DNA from: Sinorhizobium meliloti
Lineage (GTDB): Bacteria; Pseudomonadota; Alphaproteobacteria; Rhizobiales; Rhizobiaceae
Assembly (NCBI RefSeq): GCF_017876815.1
Contig: NZ_JAGIOS010000003.1
Location: forward strand, 1,440,001 to 1,472,000
Direction: 5' to 3'
Length of the DNA stretch: 32,000 nucleotides
The notes under the pieces were generated by a model. It saw only the letters and a list, made by a program, of their open reading frames with translations, was not told the DNA's origin and ran no database searches. The stretch's first letter is position 1, and the number at the start of each line of letters is the position of its first letter. The position numbers and the translations under genes are program-made. Of the stretch, positions 1 through 9,204 are shown piece after piece.

Positions 1-1442
1 GACATCTTCCACAAGGGCGCATGAAAGCGCTTTCCGAACCGGATGGAGCCGTACAGAAAGCCAACACAGGACGAAATAGCGACAAGGAGACTGCTGTAAT
101 GGGTCGGCATTCGATAGCTGAAGCTGTTGCTATCGTTTCTCTGCCCGTTCAAGACTGAAGACATATCGTTGGCTAGCCAGGTCAGGATATCTTCGCCGTT
201 CGAGGCCAGGTAAGCGCTTTGAGCCTTCATGCATATGGCGACTAGAACACCCAGGACCGTACACCGAAAGATTCCCCGCATCACCCTGAGGCCGATTTCG
301 CCGCCCGCGCGTCGATATTCCTCCAGGCGCATCTTCGATCCCTCTTCAATTTTCCCAAGATCATGGAGGATCGTATGAAGCAGGATGAGGCCCGCGAAGA
401 GCAGATAAAAGCAAAGACACATGTAGAGGTAAGCGAGACCAGTGAACACAACGGTCATCGGCACCGATATGACTTCAGGGCGCACAATGGCTAACTTGCC
501 CCAATCTACCGCATAGTTGCCACCGCCGTTGATCAACGGGATCAAGCACACGCCGATCCACTGGAAAAGACCGGCGAACAACACACAGATCAGAAAAACG
601 GCCCAGTATGTATACGAAGAAGCCTCAACGTTGCGCGCCCAAGCATCGTCGCTTTCCATCTTCTCGCTATACCCTGTCAGCCTGAGGCGTCCTTCGTCTT
701 TCCAGAAGACCAGCAGCTCCGTCACGAGCGCAAAAAACAGGGGCAAAAGCACCATGAAAAGGAATGTCCAATTCGGCGCCCAAAGAAACCCAACCTGCTT
801 AACGACACCATCCGCGCGGCCATAAGTGGCGCTGTGGATCCCCACAATGTACGACAAAAATCCAAGCGCGGAGGCACCGGCAAATACCGAGGCGGGCAAG
901 TTCAAGGGCGATCCACGGGTGAAAAGCGCCTCCGATGTTCTTGCCAAGTTGAAACCCTGTCGGCCCGCAGGCCGTGTCTGATTATCGACCATCACAGGCG
1001 GCGGCATGTCTGGAACCCGCAGCGCCGTGCTGCTACCCGCCTTCTTTGAATCTCGCCTCTTGGCGGTTAGCCGTAATTGCGCCGCGCTGAGCTCCATCTG
1101 CCATTCGCTGGTCGCTTCGGGATCGTCGCACCCAAAGATCCGCGCCAGCCAACGAATGTTGGAGGTGCTAATCCCCTTCTCGTTCTGTTGAAACCAGAGC
1201 TGGACCGTCCGCAAATCGACCCCGATCCGGTTGGAGTCGATCTGTGAAATCGCCTCTGCCAAAAGCTCCGGCGTCCATGGGCCTTGGGGAAACCCGTCAC
1301 TGCCTAATGGCCGGCCTGCTCCCGCAGCGGCTAACTGCTTGAACAGTTCCTTGAAATCGCTCCCGTCCTTGGGCGGTGCGACAAAAATCTTTCCGTTCTT
1401 TTCCAAAGGCTTATAGGCCCAAATTTCGTTTCGGTTCGTATC
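1..1442 (-). CDS. XRE-type HTH protein fused to a polytopic membrane domain. The C-terminus lies outside the window. The N-terminus probably extends to ATG 1566 through a frame change.
   Basis: This gene is absent from the ORF track because its stop lies left of position 1. Hand translation of the minus strand is open from 1442 to 1. It reads ...EIWAYKPLEKNGKIFVAPPKDGSDFKELF...RIGVDLRTVQLWFQQNEKGISTSNIRWLARIFGCDDPEA, an XRE-like HTH. Long hydrophobic segments follow: WTFLFMVLLPLFFALVTELLVF, YWAVFLICVLFAGLFQWIGVCLIPL, VVFTGLAYLYMCLCFYLLFAGLILL, VLGVLVAICM, LLVAISSCVGFLY. There is an in-frame TAG at 1443-1445, and the only in-frame start after it is TTG 1406. ORF 1411..1746(-) ends ...LIEAEGTIGYEPKRN in the adjacent frame, so a 1-nt change near 1411-1442 would join the two. 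Confidence 0.55.
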
Positions 1443-1669
1443 CTATCGTGCCTTCAGCCTCAATCAATGGTCTTAACGCCCGCAATGCAACTTGATCGGT
1501 GAGGCATTCCATCATGCTATTGTTGTCGTCATCCAGTTCGCGTTCGTCCCGTGACACCGGCGACATTTCTCCGAGCCCGAGCGCGGCTTTGAGTGCGTCA
1601 GCGCCGGATCGCAAGGTGGGACAAAAAGAAGAGGGCGGGGCGGAAACTGCGATTTCCCTTTGCGAGTTG

Positions 1670-1972
1670 ATGGAGCGGCATATAGCGGCACAACTCGCGA
1701 CCGCGGACGCCGTTCGTGCGTGGGATGAACCCAGGGCGGCCAGCAAGGTTACGAACGTAGCCTATGCAAACCGACTGTTAGATGTTGCGCGGGATGAAGA
1801 AGCCTGCCGGCTTGCGATCATCAATTACAGGCCGCGGGGCGATCGGGAATCGAGGCTGAAGCTGGCCTATATGGCAGCTTACCTCATCGCGACACGTGGC
1901 ACCCTGCAACCCAGTCAGATGAATGCCGTCTTGGAAGACACTCGCGATCGGCCAAGCACATCGGTTTCCTGA
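1670..1972 (+). CDS. hypothetical protein (~100 aa), divergent from the HTH-membrane gene
   Basis: This is the distal part of ORF 1499..1972. ATG 1670 (MERHIAAQLATADAVRAW...) gives a non-overlapping divergent layout with ATG 1566 on the minus strand. I recognise no family and the RBS is weak. Confidence 0.3.
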   Translation: MERHIAAQLATADAVRAWDEPRAASKVTNVAYANRLLDVARDEEACRLAIINYRPRGDRESRLKLAYMAAYLIATRGTLQPSQMNAVLEDTRDRPSTSVS

Positions 1973-2242
1973 GTCTCCTTTACGCCGGATTGCACAATAG
2001 TGTGCTGAGACCACACTGCTGTCGATTATGCCGGGGCGATGTCCCGTATCGACCATTGCGTCGAACACGAGTCGTCACGCATTGCGGTGTGACTACTAAT
2101 GTAAATGCAACAAGGGCTTAAAGGCTGCCACAGGGCAGGAGATCAGTCCCTGGTCAGGCGTGCTGGTCGGGGTTGCTAAGCCTGTCCGGGCGGATGGCGA
2201 CGCTGTAAAGAAGGTCTGCTCCGCGCCATCAGCGGGCCATCC

Positions 2243-2926
2243 TCAGACGGCGATTCTCTGCGCGAACACCAAACAATCGGGCATCAGCGTATTTAGCCCT
2301 TCAACCAGCATGTCCGACACTTCTGCTAGCGCGCCTACCGGCATTGTCTCAAGGCTTTCCAACACAAACCACATGCGGCCATCGACTGCCTCCAGTCGGG
2401 TGCGCGTGCCCTGCCGCCAGTTCCAACGCCGGCATGTGACGCCCGCATCGTCTCGCCAGATGACCTCTCCCGGGAGGGGATTTTCGATCACCACTTCGCC
2501 ATTCATGACTGTTTCGAATGGTTCGCTTCCGTCGGCCACGGTAAGAAGCGGACGCCCAGCATAGGCATCGTAGTTCTCGCCGCCAACGGGAATGGCATAT
2601 TTGAGACTGACGGCGTTATAGAGATCGACGATAGGATTGATCGAAGGAATCATTCCGTCCTTCAACACCCGCTTTCTCAGTGCTTGCGCCGAACAGGGTG
2701 TCCGATTGGGCTTGGCTCCAAACCGGGTATAGGCGTCGGCCCAACTGGTCAAATGGGCGTCCGCCCATGCTGGGCCGCCCCGCAAGACGTAATCGCAGGC
2801 ATCCGTCAGAAGCCCCGTGTGAAGGCTTCCTTCTCCGGCATTTGTTGCGTCGACATGAATGCTCATCGCTCTGAAACCGGGTGCGATTTCCTTGATCCGT
2901 TCGTCGATCACGGGCGATTCAAACAT
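2243..2926 (-). CDS. B3/B4 tRNA-binding-domain protein (COG3382-like)
   Basis: 227-aa ORF. It reads MFESPVIDERIKEIAPGFRAMSI...SINPIVDLYNAVSLKYAIPVGGENYD...RRWNWRQG, which fits the B3/4 domain family as I remember it. Confidence 0.75.
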   Translation of the reverse strand: MFESPVIDERIKEIAPGFRAMSIHVDATNAGEGSLHTGLLTDACDYVLRGGPAWADAHLTSWADAYTRFGAKPNRTPCSAQALRKRVLKDGMIPSINPIVDLYNAVSLKYAIPVGGENYDAYAGRPLLTVADGSEPFETVMNGEVVIENPLPGEVIWRDDAGVTCRRWNWRQGTRTRLEAVDGRMWFVLESLETMPVGALAEVSDMLVEGLNTLMPDCLVFAQRIAV

Positions 2927-2970
2927 CTATTGCTAACTCCAGAATTCCATTCAAGGGCCAATTGCTCGTC

Positions 2971-3600
2971 TCAGACCGGGATCATGTCAGAAACGATCTG
3001 ATCGGTAGGGCTGCGGCTATCGGCAAGTCCGTGTTTCACCCCTTTGCGATCGGCCCCAGGGCGATTTTGGCTCATCTTGCGCTTCCCCTGCAGCGAAACG
3101 ACGGGCATGCGAATACCGACAATGCCGCGAAGCTGAGCCTTGATGTAGGCTTCGGGAGCGTCAGTGACTGCCCAAGGTAGCGAGCGTGACGCCTCGTGAA
3201 TGCCCGTGAGGCGCGACACCACCTCGAATAGTCGTTCGGCTTCTTCGAAAAACTCAACCGGCCCGGTCGCATGAACGGCTGTGTAGTTCCATGTTGGGAC
3301 TACCTTCCCATGCTCGGCTTTTGAGGCGTACCAGGACGGCGTCACATAAGCGTCCGGTCCCATAAAGACCGCAAGTCCATGTCCGACGACAGGAGCCTGC
3401 CACTGCGGGTTCGGTCGCGCCAGATGCGCATAGAGGACGCCCCTTTCTCCCTCCGCCTCATCGAGGAACATAGGTAAGGGGGTGGCCATCGGACCACCGG
3501 GTGTAGCCGTCACGAAATTGGCAAGACGACATTGCCGCATCATTTCGTAGAGCTCGGTCGTGTCTTCCACGGCGAAGGCTGGCGGGGTGTACATAAGCAT
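2971..3600 (-). CDS. paiB: FMN-binding negative transcriptional regulator, PaiB family
   Basis: 209-aa ORF. It starts MLMYTPPAFAVEDTTELYEMMRQ.. and contains ..HLARPNPQW...VTPSWY..K.....VPTWNY..VH, which is typical of PaiB/COG2808. Confidence 0.8.
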   Translation of the reverse strand: MLMYTPPAFAVEDTTELYEMMRQCRLANFVTATPGGPMATPLPMFLDEAEGERGVLYAHLARPNPQWQAPVVGHGLAVFMGPDAYVTPSWYASKAEHGKVVPTWNYTAVHATGPVEFFEEAERLFEVVSRLTGIHEASRSLPWAVTDAPEAYIKAQLRGIVGIRMPVVSLQGKRKMSQNRPGADRKGVKHGLADSRSPTDQIVSDMIPV

Positions 3601-3681
3601 CTCCTTGACGTGAGCTCATTATTCACATCAAGGTGGCACAAGATACACCGCCACTTTTGGAATATCTCATTGGTCCAGTTA

Positions 3682-5127
3682 GTGAAGGGCTCACGAAAGA
3701 GCGGCGCGACCCGCCGCATTTACCTGTCTTTGCGCGACCAGATTACGTCTGGCGTCTACGATGCGGGTGAGAGATTGCCCTCGAGCCGCGCGCTTGCGGG
3801 CGAACTCGGCGTTTCCAGGACCACGGTGACGGCCGCCTACGACCAGCTGATCTCTGAGGGGTATATTACGGTGCGGCAGGGCGCCAAGCCCACGGTCACG
3901 TCCGAGGGACGACATCCGTACACCAGACCCGCATCGCAAGCACAGGAACCCACTCCCCAGGTGTCCGCCTATGCCTCACGTGCAATGGCATTGCCGAAGA
4001 ACATCAGCGCGGAACAGGCGGCGCTTCAATACGACTTCCGGTACGGCGACATTGCTTCGTCGGACTTTCCCAAGCTGGCTTGGCGGCGCGCCCTGAACGC
4101 GGCAGTTCTGGCGTACCGAGAACGGCTTGGCTATGAGCATCCAGCCGGTAACCTGGCACTTCGTCGTGCGCTGCAAGGCTATCTCTGGCGAGCCCGTGGC
4201 ATTGAATGCGATATCACCCAGATCATCGTGGTCAGCGGTTCCCAGCAGGCGTTGGACCTGTGTGCGCGGGTGTTTGTCGATCCGGGAGGCCAGGTTGTCC
4301 TCGAGGAGCCCTGCTACGCGATGGCCCGCAACGTGATGCTTGCAACAGGAGCAATGCCTGTCGCCATCCCCTGCGACAAGGATGGAATGGACACCTCTCG
4401 GCTTCCCGTTCCTAAGGACGTAGCCCTGGCATTTGTAACACCCAGCCATCAGTTTCCGCTGGGCGGCGTTCTACCGTCCGGACGTCGCAAAGCCCTGATC
4501 GAATGGGCGATCTCCGGCAACACCTACATCATCGAGGACGACTACGACGGGGAGTATCGATATGACGTACGTCCGATTCCGCCGCTGTGGATGATCGGTC
4601 AAGGTCGGGTCATCTATGTCGGCACCGTATCCAAGACGCTGTCGCCAACGCTCCGCCTTGGTTACATGGTGCTGCCTGGCACGCTTGCGGAGCCCTTTGT
4701 CCGATGCAAGCAGATCACCGATCGACACAGCTCGAGCTTCGAGCAAGAGGCTCTCGCTTCGATGATCGAAACGGGCGCATATGAAAGCCACGTTCGAAAG
4801 ATGAGGCGACTGAACGCCGAAAGGCGTACGGCATTCCTGAATGCAATGGCCGAAGCGTTTGGCGACGAGGTCGACATCGTTGGCACGTCGGCGGGCCTCC
4901 ATGTCGTCGTGTGGTTCAACCACCTCACTGGCAGCGATGAAGAGCGTTTTGCCGCCTCCGCGAGGCAAGAAGGTGTTGGCATCTACCCAATCTCGCGTCT
5001 GTATGCGGCCCCAACAGATCAACGTGCGGGGTTCATATTCGGATACGCCGGCTTGCCCGTTGAGCAGATTGGAAAGGGTGTGAATGACCTAGTACAGGTC
5101 TACCGATCCAAATTCCGATCGGCATGA
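3682..5127 (+). CDS. MocR/PdxR-type regulator (GntR wHTH fused to a PLP aminotransferase-like domain)
   Basis: ORF 3532..5127. The upstream part overlaps paiB, so the likely start is GTG 3682 (or TTG 3670). The wHTH reads LPSSRALAGELGVSRTTVTAAYDQLISEGYI. The fold-type-I aminotransferase-like body reads ...YVGTVSKTLSPTLRLGYMV... The gene is divergent from paiB. Confidence 0.85.
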   Translation: MKGSRKSGATRRIYLSLRDQITSGVYDAGERLPSSRALAGELGVSRTTVTAAYDQLISEGYITVRQGAKPTVTSEGRHPYTRPASQAQEPTPQVSAYASRAMALPKNISAEQAALQYDFRYGDIASSDFPKLAWRRALNAAVLAYRERLGYEHPAGNLALRRALQGYLWRARGIECDITQIIVVSGSQQALDLCARVFVDPGGQVVLEEPCYAMARNVMLATGAMPVAIPCDKDGMDTSRLPVPKDVALAFVTPSHQFPLGGVLPSGRRKALIEWAISGNTYIIEDDYDGEYRYDVRPIPPLWMIGQGRVIYVGTVSKTLSPTLRLGYMVLPGTLAEPFVRCKQITDRHSSSFEQEALASMIETGAYESHVRKMRRLNAERRTAFLNAMAEAFGDEVDIVGTSAGLHVVVWFNHLTGSDEERFAASARQEGVGIYPISRLYAAPTDQRAGFIFGYAGLPVEQIGKGVNDLVQVYRSKFRSA

Positions 5128-5208
5128 CCGGTTTGGGCCGTCCCCGTCATGTCGCGCGTGAGGGTAAATCCGTCCTGCTGAAGGTGGTCGTGGCACATCA
5201 ACAGAGAT

Positions 5209-5505
5209 TTATGTCGTCCCGGGTCGAGGGTCAGATTGCTCGAAGGTGAAGGAGGTCAGGAGGTTTGTGACAATATTGGTCGCCTTCTCCTTCACCAGAG
5301 TTTCGGTCCATTCATTCGTTCCCCGCAGCCTGAGGTCGCTGTAGATGCTGCCTACCGCACCCTCTTCGATACGCTTTATATGTGCCGTGAAGGCGACTTC
5401 ACCATGAGATTGATAGAGGTCACGGACGACCATGCGGAGGATTTCCTGCATTGCGATCTGCCATGCCGTCGTGCTTGCCTGAAGTTCGAGCGTATCGTCT
5501 GCCAT
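5209..5505 (-). CDS. hypothetical protein (98 aa)
   Basis: Inner ATG 5505 (MADDTLELQAS...) of ORF 5209..5559 is preceded by AGGAAA 5 nt upstream. I recognise no family. Confidence 0.45.
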   Translation of the reverse strand: MADDTLELQASTTAWQIAMQEILRMVVRDLYQSHGEVAFTAHIKRIEEGAVGSIYSDLRLRGTNEWTETLVKEKATNIVTNLLTSFTFEQSDPRPGTT

Positions 5506-5561
5506 GGGATTTCCTGCATTGGGTGGATCACCTGGGTGCGTGGTGAAGCTGGCGACCACGC

Positions 5562-5780
5562 CTATTTTGCCCGCCTCGTGATGAGAGCTGAGGTTGCTCT
5601 CGCACGGTCATCCGACTCTTTTGCCAGCCGGGCTTCCCGCAACCGAGCAGTTTTGGCATCGCGGGCCAGCGTTACGAAATCTTGCTCTTCCACTGCCTGG
5701 TCTCTGGCGAAGAATTGGCTTTGAACCTTGTTGAAAGCGCTTTCCGCCCGTTGACGAGCCTTACTGAACGTCTGTGCCAT
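5562..5780 (-). CDS. small conserved hypothetical protein (72 aa, Lys/Arg/Ala-rich)
   Basis: Inner ATG 5780 (MAQTFSKARQRAESAFNKVQSQ...ARLREARLAKE...). It resembles small proteins common in Rhizobiales, judged from memory only. Confidence 0.5.
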   Translation of the reverse strand: MAQTFSKARQRAESAFNKVQSQFFARDQAVEEQDFVTLARDAKTARLREARLAKESDDRARATSALITRRAK

Positions 5781-5818
5781 AGGTTTTCTTTCTCGGGGTC
5801 GGCCGTTCCATCGGCCAA

Positions 5819-5847
5819 AAAAAAGCCGGGCATCACGCCCGGCCTTG
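5819..5847 (-). terminator. rho-independent terminator downstream of cspA
   Basis: The minus strand reads GCCGGGC-gtgat-GCCCGGC followed by T8 (plus-strand A8 at 5819-5826, stems at 5827-5833 and 5839-5845). Confidence 0.7.
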
Positions 5848-5907
5848 GTTGGTTCATGCCCTCGACAGTGCCAGTACATCCGTGGTCAAGGAGAGCAGGT
5901 ACCGATA

Positions 5908-6117
5908 TTAGGCAGCCTGGAGATTGCAGGCCGACATCTTGCCCGACTTATTGTCGCGCTCCAGCTCGTAGCTGAGCTTCTGGCCTTCGACGATTTCGCG
6001 CATGCCTGCACGCTCGACGGCCGAGATGTGGACAAACGCGTCAGCGCCGCCATTGTCAGGCTCGATGAAGCCGAAGCCCTTGGTAGAATTAAACCATTTA
6101 ACTGTGCCAGTGGTCAT
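5908..6117 (-). CDS. cspA: cold-shock protein, CspA family
   Basis: [38 protein letters not shown]... carries the RNP1 (KGFGFI) and RNP2 (VFVH-like) motifs. The start is inner ATG 6117 of ORF 5908..6282. Confidence 0.95.
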   Translation of the reverse strand: MTTGTVKWFNSTKGFGFIEPDNGGADAFVHISAVERAGMREIVEGQKLSYELERDNKSGKMSACNLQAA

Positions 6118-6266
6118 GATGAACCCTTTCGTAGCATTGGTGATCGACCGCGATGTTGGTGACATCGTGGATGGTGATAGCGATATTTTTAAAGGAAAGG
6201 TTCGTTCAGGCGCGGTGCCAGTCGCGCGGTAACCAAAGCTCAGCAAGAAAAAGATCGATAAACGCC

Positions 6267-6294
6267 AGATAGTGGTTCGCAATCAGAATGTCAA
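6267..6294 (-). promoter_or_regulatory. candidate sigma70-type promoter of cspA, with a ~140-nt 5' UTR
   Basis: The minus strand reads TTGACA (6294-6289), then 16 nt, then CTATCT (6272-6267). This is close to the alphaproteobacterial CTTGAC-N16/17-CTATAT consensus. A long leader is usual for csp genes. Confidence 0.4.
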
Positions 6295-6393
6295 CCAATA
6301 GTTTTGATGACGTAGCGCTAAAGGCGGTCACAGGTGCGGCGAAGCTAAGCGCAAACCTTCGTTCGCTCACATGCAGGAGCGACACGTTCGCCA

Positions 6394-6750
6394 TCAATCC
6401 TGCGCCGGCTCCCACGGCTCGACTGGATTGCCCTCCGGATCATGAATCCGGGCAAAGCGACCTGCCTCCGAGTTCCACTCATTCAGGTTTCCAGCGCGAT
6501 TCCACTTGCCGTTAGGCTGGCCACCAGCCAATCGAGATCATCGGCTCGGAAATTGACCATCCATTGTTGTTCCGCTCGACCGAAAAGTCCGTGTCCTTCG
6601 AGAAAGGACCAAATATCGTCATCCCCGCCTCCTGCCGCCATACCGACTTGTGCAGGTCGTCAATACCGAGATGCTTTTGATACCATTCGGCCAGGCCAGC
6701 CGGGTTCGCCGCCCAAAAAACAGACCGCCGATTCCAACGGCTTTTGGCAT
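6394..6750 (-). pseudogene. VOC/glyoxalase-family gene interrupted by three -1 frame changes
   Basis: An RBS GAGGAGAG precedes ATG 6750. The pieces read MPKAVGIGGLFF | WAANPAGLAEWYQKHLGIDDLHKSVWRQEAGMTIFGPFSKDTDF.. | WMVNFRADDLDWLVASLTASGIALET | NEWNSEAGRFARIHDPEGNPVEPWEPAQD*. The shifts lie near 6715-6720 (A6 run), ~6564 and ~6487. The last piece returns to the original frame. Confidence 0.65.
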
Positions 6751-6903
6751 AGAGCTCTCCTCATCTTGAAACAGAACAATGCAGCTCATTGGGCGCACGT
6801 GCAATCTGAAGATTAGGAGGGACGTGGTGTCCGCTTCGGGCGAATAGGCGCGGTGACGCAGAAGCGCCAGCAGCAGTTATCCCTCCGGAAGGGTAGGGGA
6901 AAC

Positions 6904-7196
6904 TTAGGTTGGGAAGTTCTCATCCATCCACGGACGAGCGAGCACGAGATCGTCGTCGTTTGCGGCCCATCCATGGCCCGAATCGAGCGCGTGGTGAGTA
7001 ACCACTGCGATCGCTGCGATGAGCTGTTCTGCGACTTGGGAGGCGTGTGCTGTGGTTCTCTCCTGTTGTCACGCAGACCCGAAATGATAAGCACAGGCTT
7101 GCCTGACAATTCGGGAAAAGTGAAATCATCTGAGATTGGCTGTGGCCGTAGCAATATAGCTCCCACGAAATTTTCCGGTGCGAGCGCATGGAGAAT
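6904..7196 (-). pseudogene. C-terminal remnant of a phospholipase/carboxylesterase-type alpha/beta hydrolase
   Basis: It reads ILHALAPENFVGAILLRPQPISDDFTFPELSGKPVLIISGLRDNRRE | TTAHASQVAEQLIAAIAVVTHHALDSGHGWAANDDDLVLARPWMDENFPT*. There is a frame change near 7056. The N-terminal part is missing, and the frame is closed by TAG 7197-7199, about 2 nt from the proposed IS30 left end at 7201. Confidence 0.5.
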
Positions 7197-7200
7197 CTAA

Positions 7201-8289
7201 TCCAAGTGCAACAATGACGGGTGGAGGGTAGGGGATTACCCGCAATCGCGCAAATGGGCCATGAAGACCTCGGCGGGCGTGCGGTAACCAAGGCATTTCC
7301 TGGGCAGTGAATTGAGATGGTGGGCGAGGGCGACCAGTTGCGGCTGGTTGACGGCGGACAGGTCCGTATCGCTCGGCACAAAGCGACGGATGCGCTTGTT
7401 GGTGTTCTCGACCGCGCCTTTCTGCCACGGTGAATTCGGATCGCAAAACCAGCTCCTGGCGCCGAGTCCATCTTCCAAAGCCTTGAAACCGCGAAACTCG
7501 GTACCACGGTCGAAGGTGAAGCTCTGCCGGGCAAAGGCGGGTAGCGGTGAGAAGGCATCGATGATCTTGTCGATGAGCGGACGAGAGTGACGGCTGCCAT
7601 TCTTGATCATCACCGTGTAGCGGCTCTTGCGCTCGACCAGCGAGGTGACATTGGCTTCACCAAGGTCGCGCCGGAAGATCAGGAGATCACCCTCCCAGTG
7701 GCCGAACTGAGAGCGATCGGCAATGAAATCAGGGCGTTGGCTGATCCTGCAGTCCAACGGGATCGAGCCGTCACGGGGTTTGCGGGAGCGGCGTGGGCGG
7801 CGCTTACGACGGCCTTCCGGCAGATGCTGATAGAGCTCCAGCGCATAATCTTCCTTGCTATAGATGAAGCGATAGATCGTCTCGGTGCAGACGCGGACGG
7901 CGCTCACACCATCGGCAAGCAGACGGCCGGCGATCTGCTCCGGCGACCAAAGTGCCTTCAGCTGCTCGATGACCAGTTCGCGCAATTGCGGGTGGCGGCT
8001 GAGCTTGCGCAGCCGTCGCCGACGCTCCTTCGAGATGTCGTTGGCGATACCGCTGTAATAGCCGCTGTATTCCGGAAACTCGGCATCATGAAAGGTATTG
8101 CGCTTCAGTTCACGATAGATCGTCGATCGATGCCGACCGAGTTGGCGGGCGATCTCACCGACAGGAACTTTGCGTTCCACGAGCTGATGCAAACGTCGTC
8201 GATCGGAAAGGGTGAGTTGCGAATAGCAAAGCGACATCCAAAAATCTCCAAGGCGAAGCCTTTGTTTTTATTGGCATGTCGCACTTGGA
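7201..8289 (-). mobile_element. IS30-family insertion sequence, apparently intact
   Basis: The terminal inverted repeats are TCCAAGTGCAACA (7201-7213) and the reverse complement of 8277-8289, TCCAAGTGCGACA. They bracket a single 333-aa transposase gene. Confidence 0.8.
7236..8237 (-). CDS. IS30-family transposase
   Basis: 333 aa. The N-terminal HTH reads IARQLGRHRSTIYRELKRN. The DDE region reads ...GHWEGDLLIF...TFDRGTEF...PNSPWQKGAVENTN... Confidence 0.95.
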   Translation of the reverse strand: MSLCYSQLTLSDRRRLHQLVERKVPVGEIARQLGRHRSTIYRELKRNTFHDAEFPEYSGYYSGIANDISKERRRRLRKLSRHPQLRELVIEQLKALWSPEQIAGRLLADGVSAVRVCTETIYRFIYSKEDYALELYQHLPEGRRKRRPRRSRKPRDGSIPLDCRISQRPDFIADRSQFGHWEGDLLIFRRDLGEANVTSLVERKSRYTVMIKNGSRHSRPLIDKIIDAFSPLPAFARQSFTFDRGTEFRGFKALEDGLGARSWFCDPNSPWQKGAVENTNKRIRRFVPSDTDLSAVNQPQLVALAHHLNSLPRKCLGYRTPAEVFMAHLRDCG

Positions 8290-8575
8290 AATAGAATGTA
8301 CCCGGCATTGATGCTGGTCGGTTTGCGAGAGAGACTCATTCGCAATCGAACGCAGCTCGCCAATGCCATACGCGGGTTTGCCATGGAGTTCGGCATTGCT
8401 GCGGCCAAGGGCATGTGCCGAATCGAACCGTTGCTGGAGCGGATTGCGGCTGATCAATCCCTGCCTGCATTGGCCCGCGAGCTTTTTGCCATGCATGGCG
8501 TTGAGTATCGCCGAAAAGAAGGCGGTCGAGGAAAAACTGACAGCGTTGCATCGCTCCGATGAATTATGTTGTGTG
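8290..8575 (+). pseudogene. internal fragment of an IS110-family transposase gene
   Basis: It reads ALMLVGLRERLIRNRTQLANAIRGFAMEFGIAAAKG...LPALARELFAMHGVEY | AEKKAVEEKLTALHRSDELC, with a frame change near 8510. This is the typical central region of IS110 transposases. Both ends are cut. Confidence 0.65.
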
Positions 8576-8660
8576 AACTTGCAAGGGAGAACAGATGGTG
8601 CGATCGATCCAAGACGCGTGACACTCCGTCAGTTCCAGTGGCCTTTTAGGTCGTTGCCGT

Positions 8661-8668
8661 GTTAGGAA
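8661..8668. repeat. left copy of the 8-bp target-site duplication GTTAGGAA of the IS66 element
   Basis: It is identical to 11367-11374 and lies immediately outside the left IR. Confidence 0.9.
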
Positions 8669-8757
8669 GTAAGCGCCGTCTCCGCCCCATTGGATAGGCT
8701 GTATTTTGAGGCTGGCTGGGCGTGCGAGAAGGTTTCCAGGACTATCTGGAGATTTGC

Positions 8758-9204
8758 ATGGCAGATGATGGATTTGTTGGGCGCTACGAAGTTGTCGAGC
8801 CGCGCCGCGGAAACCGGCGTTGGCCCGATGATGTGAAGGCGCGGATTGTCGCGGAGAGCCTTGAGCCGGGTGTTCGAGTTGTTGATGTCGCGCGCCGTCA
8901 TGACGTTGTTCCGCACCAGCTTTCCTTCTGGCGTCGGCAAGCGCGCGAGGGCATTTTGGCGCTGCCTTTTGAGTCTATGCCGGGCCTATCGGAGAGCGGC
9001 GATGCCGAGCCTGCATTTGTGCCTTTGGCGATTGCGGCAGAGCCGAGCGAGGCTGTGAATGTTTTGGCGCCGCTGAAACTGCGGGAGGCGGTTTCGTCAG
9101 TCTTGACGCTCACGATCGGCCCGGACGTTGTGATGCGGGTTCCCGGCGATGTATCGGTTGAACGTGTGGCGGCCCTGGTGCGCGCCATTCGAGGGACGGC
9201 ATGA
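8758..9204 (+). CDS. tnpA: IS66-family accessory protein TnpA (orf1)
   Basis: Inner ATG 8758. It reads MADDGFVGRYEVVEPRRGNRRWPDDVKARIVAES...VARRHDVVPHQLSFWRRQAREG. Its stop overlaps the tnpB start (ATGA). Confidence 0.85.
   Translation: MADDGFVGRYEVVEPRRGNRRWPDDVKARIVAESLEPGVRVVDVARRHDVVPHQLSFWRRQAREGILALPFESMPGLSESGDAEPAFVPLAIAAEPSEAVNVLAPLKLREAVSSVLTLTIGPDVVMRVPGDVSVERVAALVRAIRGTA

Noticed and set aside
1960-2068. Possible IS5-family transposase scrap (GIIDSSVVSAHYCAIRRKGDS resembles ..MIDSS.VRAHQHAAG.KG)
   Set aside because: The similarity covers only about 20 residues and the region overlaps another candidate ORF. It is too weak to annotate without a search.
4140-4175. TGGCAC motifs at ~3635 and ~4150 as possible sigma54 promoters
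   Set aside because: The -12 TTGC element is absent or mis-spaced. One motif lies inside the MocR coding region. The TGGCAC reverse-complement hits at ~5875, ~6106, ~15195 and ~19136 also lack a -12 element.
6920-7600. 226-aa minus-strand ORF
   Set aside because: It crosses the IS30 left end and reads the esterase remnant and the transposase 3' region out of frame. It is an artefact of GC-rich sequence.
7587-8294. 235-aa plus-strand ORF
   Set aside because: It is antisense to the intact IS30 transposase gene and has no recognisable motifs.
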